From Octopus sinensis (Eukaryota), in assembly GCF_006345805.1 (NCBI RefSeq), contig NW_021834144.1, positions 1-51,854 of the forward strand: a stretch of DNA of 51,854 nucleotides, read 5' to 3'. Below the pieces are notes generated by a model. That model worked only from the letters and a program-made list of their open reading frames with translations, ran no database searches and was not told where the DNA came from. This document shows positions 50,085-51,854 of this stretch, in pieces. Every line of letters begins with the position of its first letter. The stretch's first letter is position 1. The translations under genes were made by a program, and so were the position numbers.

Positions 50085-51854
50085 ACAGTCTGACCAAAGT
50101 TTTGCAAGTAGTATGCAAACCGTTAGATATTCACTCCTCATAACCAATCAACTCACTGTAATTTAGTATTTTTTTCCTGTAAAACTTTTAATGTAGAATA
50201 GTCAAAGGAGACGGTCTACCAATGGTAAAGAGAAATGTGCAATGTTATTGCTCATTAGTTTCTAAATTATATTTCTTATAAAATTAATAGACATCAGTAG
50301 AGTGAGAAGGCAGGCTACTGTTTGATAATGAAGTTTAATAGAAAGGGGGGAAAAAATATCCTTTGATCGTTAAATGGGAAAAGAATTATTTCCTTTTTTT
50401 GTTTTAAATAACAGACAATATATTGAAAATGAATTTATTTATTATGTAGCAAGTAATAATACCAAACTTCTCTCATTACACCAAACAGCTATTAAAAATT
50501 TGAAAGCCAAACCAACTTTCTACTCTGCCGTCTTTCATTAAAACCCAAGCACATAACAATCTGACAAAATATAATATTTTTTTTTAATATTTCAATATTT
50601 AATATTTTGTTTCAGTCATTGGATTGCAGCCTTGCTGGGGTACTCAATTCCAGCGCTTTTTTTTTTCTTCTTAGTTATTTTAGTGGTCTCTTTTGCTGAA
50701 GCACTAAGTTACAGAAATATAAACAAACCAACACCAGTTGTCAAGTAGTAGAGATGGTGGTGGGACAAGCACAAGGACACACACACACACACACACATAT
50801 CTTTTAAATTTGTTCATGGGAAACGTTTTGAATATGCCAGCTACAGTCTAATGATGCTGACTGGTGATCCAGTTTTGGGGGTTGCACTGAACTGTATCGA
50901 TATAATGTAAATATAATAATAATAACAATAATCCTTGGATGGAACTTATAAATATTTTAATGCATCGTTACATGCATTTTCACAAATCATGTCTCACGGT
51001 CTATATATTATCAGGATGATTACAATGTAGTCTGTAGTGTGCATGGGCACTGAGTAGATCATCTTCATGGATTCTGGCTTTTATACAGTTTCTGTTCACC
51101 AAATTCACTCACAAGGCATTTGTCAGCCTGGGGTTATAACTAAAGACATTTCTTCAATCTGCTGTGTAGTGGGACTGAACCTGAAACTCTATGATTGCAA
51201 AACCCACTTCTTAACCACACTCAGCCTGGGGCTTTAACTAAAGACATTTCCCCAATGTGCTGTGTAGTGGGACTGAACCTGGAACTCTATGATTGCAAAA
51301 CCCACTTCTTAACCACACGGTCATGCCTGCGTCCATAAGAAGAAAAAGTCAATATTGCATTGGGCAAGAACTTACACTGAAACTTTGCATTTCGTTAATA
51401 ATAATTTCTAACATGGACACAATGCAACAATTTTGGGATTGGAAGAGGTTTCATTGATTAAATGGACCTTAATACTTAACTAGTGCTTTATTTTATCAAA
51501 CCTGGGAAGATGAAAAGTAAAGTAGATCTCAGCGAGATTTGAACTCAGAATGTAAAAAGCAAGAACAGCACAACGCATTTCATCTAACACTAAAGATTCT
51601 GCTCATCCACCATTCCAAAGAGAATTGGAATGTCCATACAGCGGCCTACCCTGACCCCTTTATGTCGGCACACTTACTGCACAGAAGATTTATTCTGTTA
51701 TTCTTTTGTGCGTTTCAGTCACTTGATTGTGGCCATGCTGGAGCACCACCTTTTAGTCGAAGAAATCAACCCCCAGGGCTTATTCTTCGTAAACCTGGTA
51801 CTTATATCCTATTGGTCTCTTTTGCTGAACCACTAAGTTACGGGGATGTAAACG

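Overview
AT-rich, microsatellite-dense eukaryotic genomic DNA. The SINE families resemble octopus (cephalopod) repeats as I recall them; this is recognition, not a database match. Most ORFs in the track are microsatellite or SINE translations. Supportable content: (1) small minus-strand exons of an unidentified coiled-coil host gene (33508-33597, 29527-29549, 27864-27923, possible last exon 7980-8112) that join in frame; (2) about five SINE-like families, often nested or tandem; (3) remnants of R4/Dong, RTE, CR1/L2-like, Gypsy, mariner, piggyBac-type MITEs, hAT and a Helentron-type element; (4) a Penelope-like GIY-YIG fragment and about eight minimal type I hammerhead or hammerhead-like motifs. 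Several of those motifs lie in (TA)n-embedded fold-back elements, the best being a perfect 444-bp palindrome (42535-42978) with one intact hammerhead per arm. Also notable is a 502-bp TSD-flanked non-coding RTE-like element whose 5' half folds into a compact candidate RNA structure.
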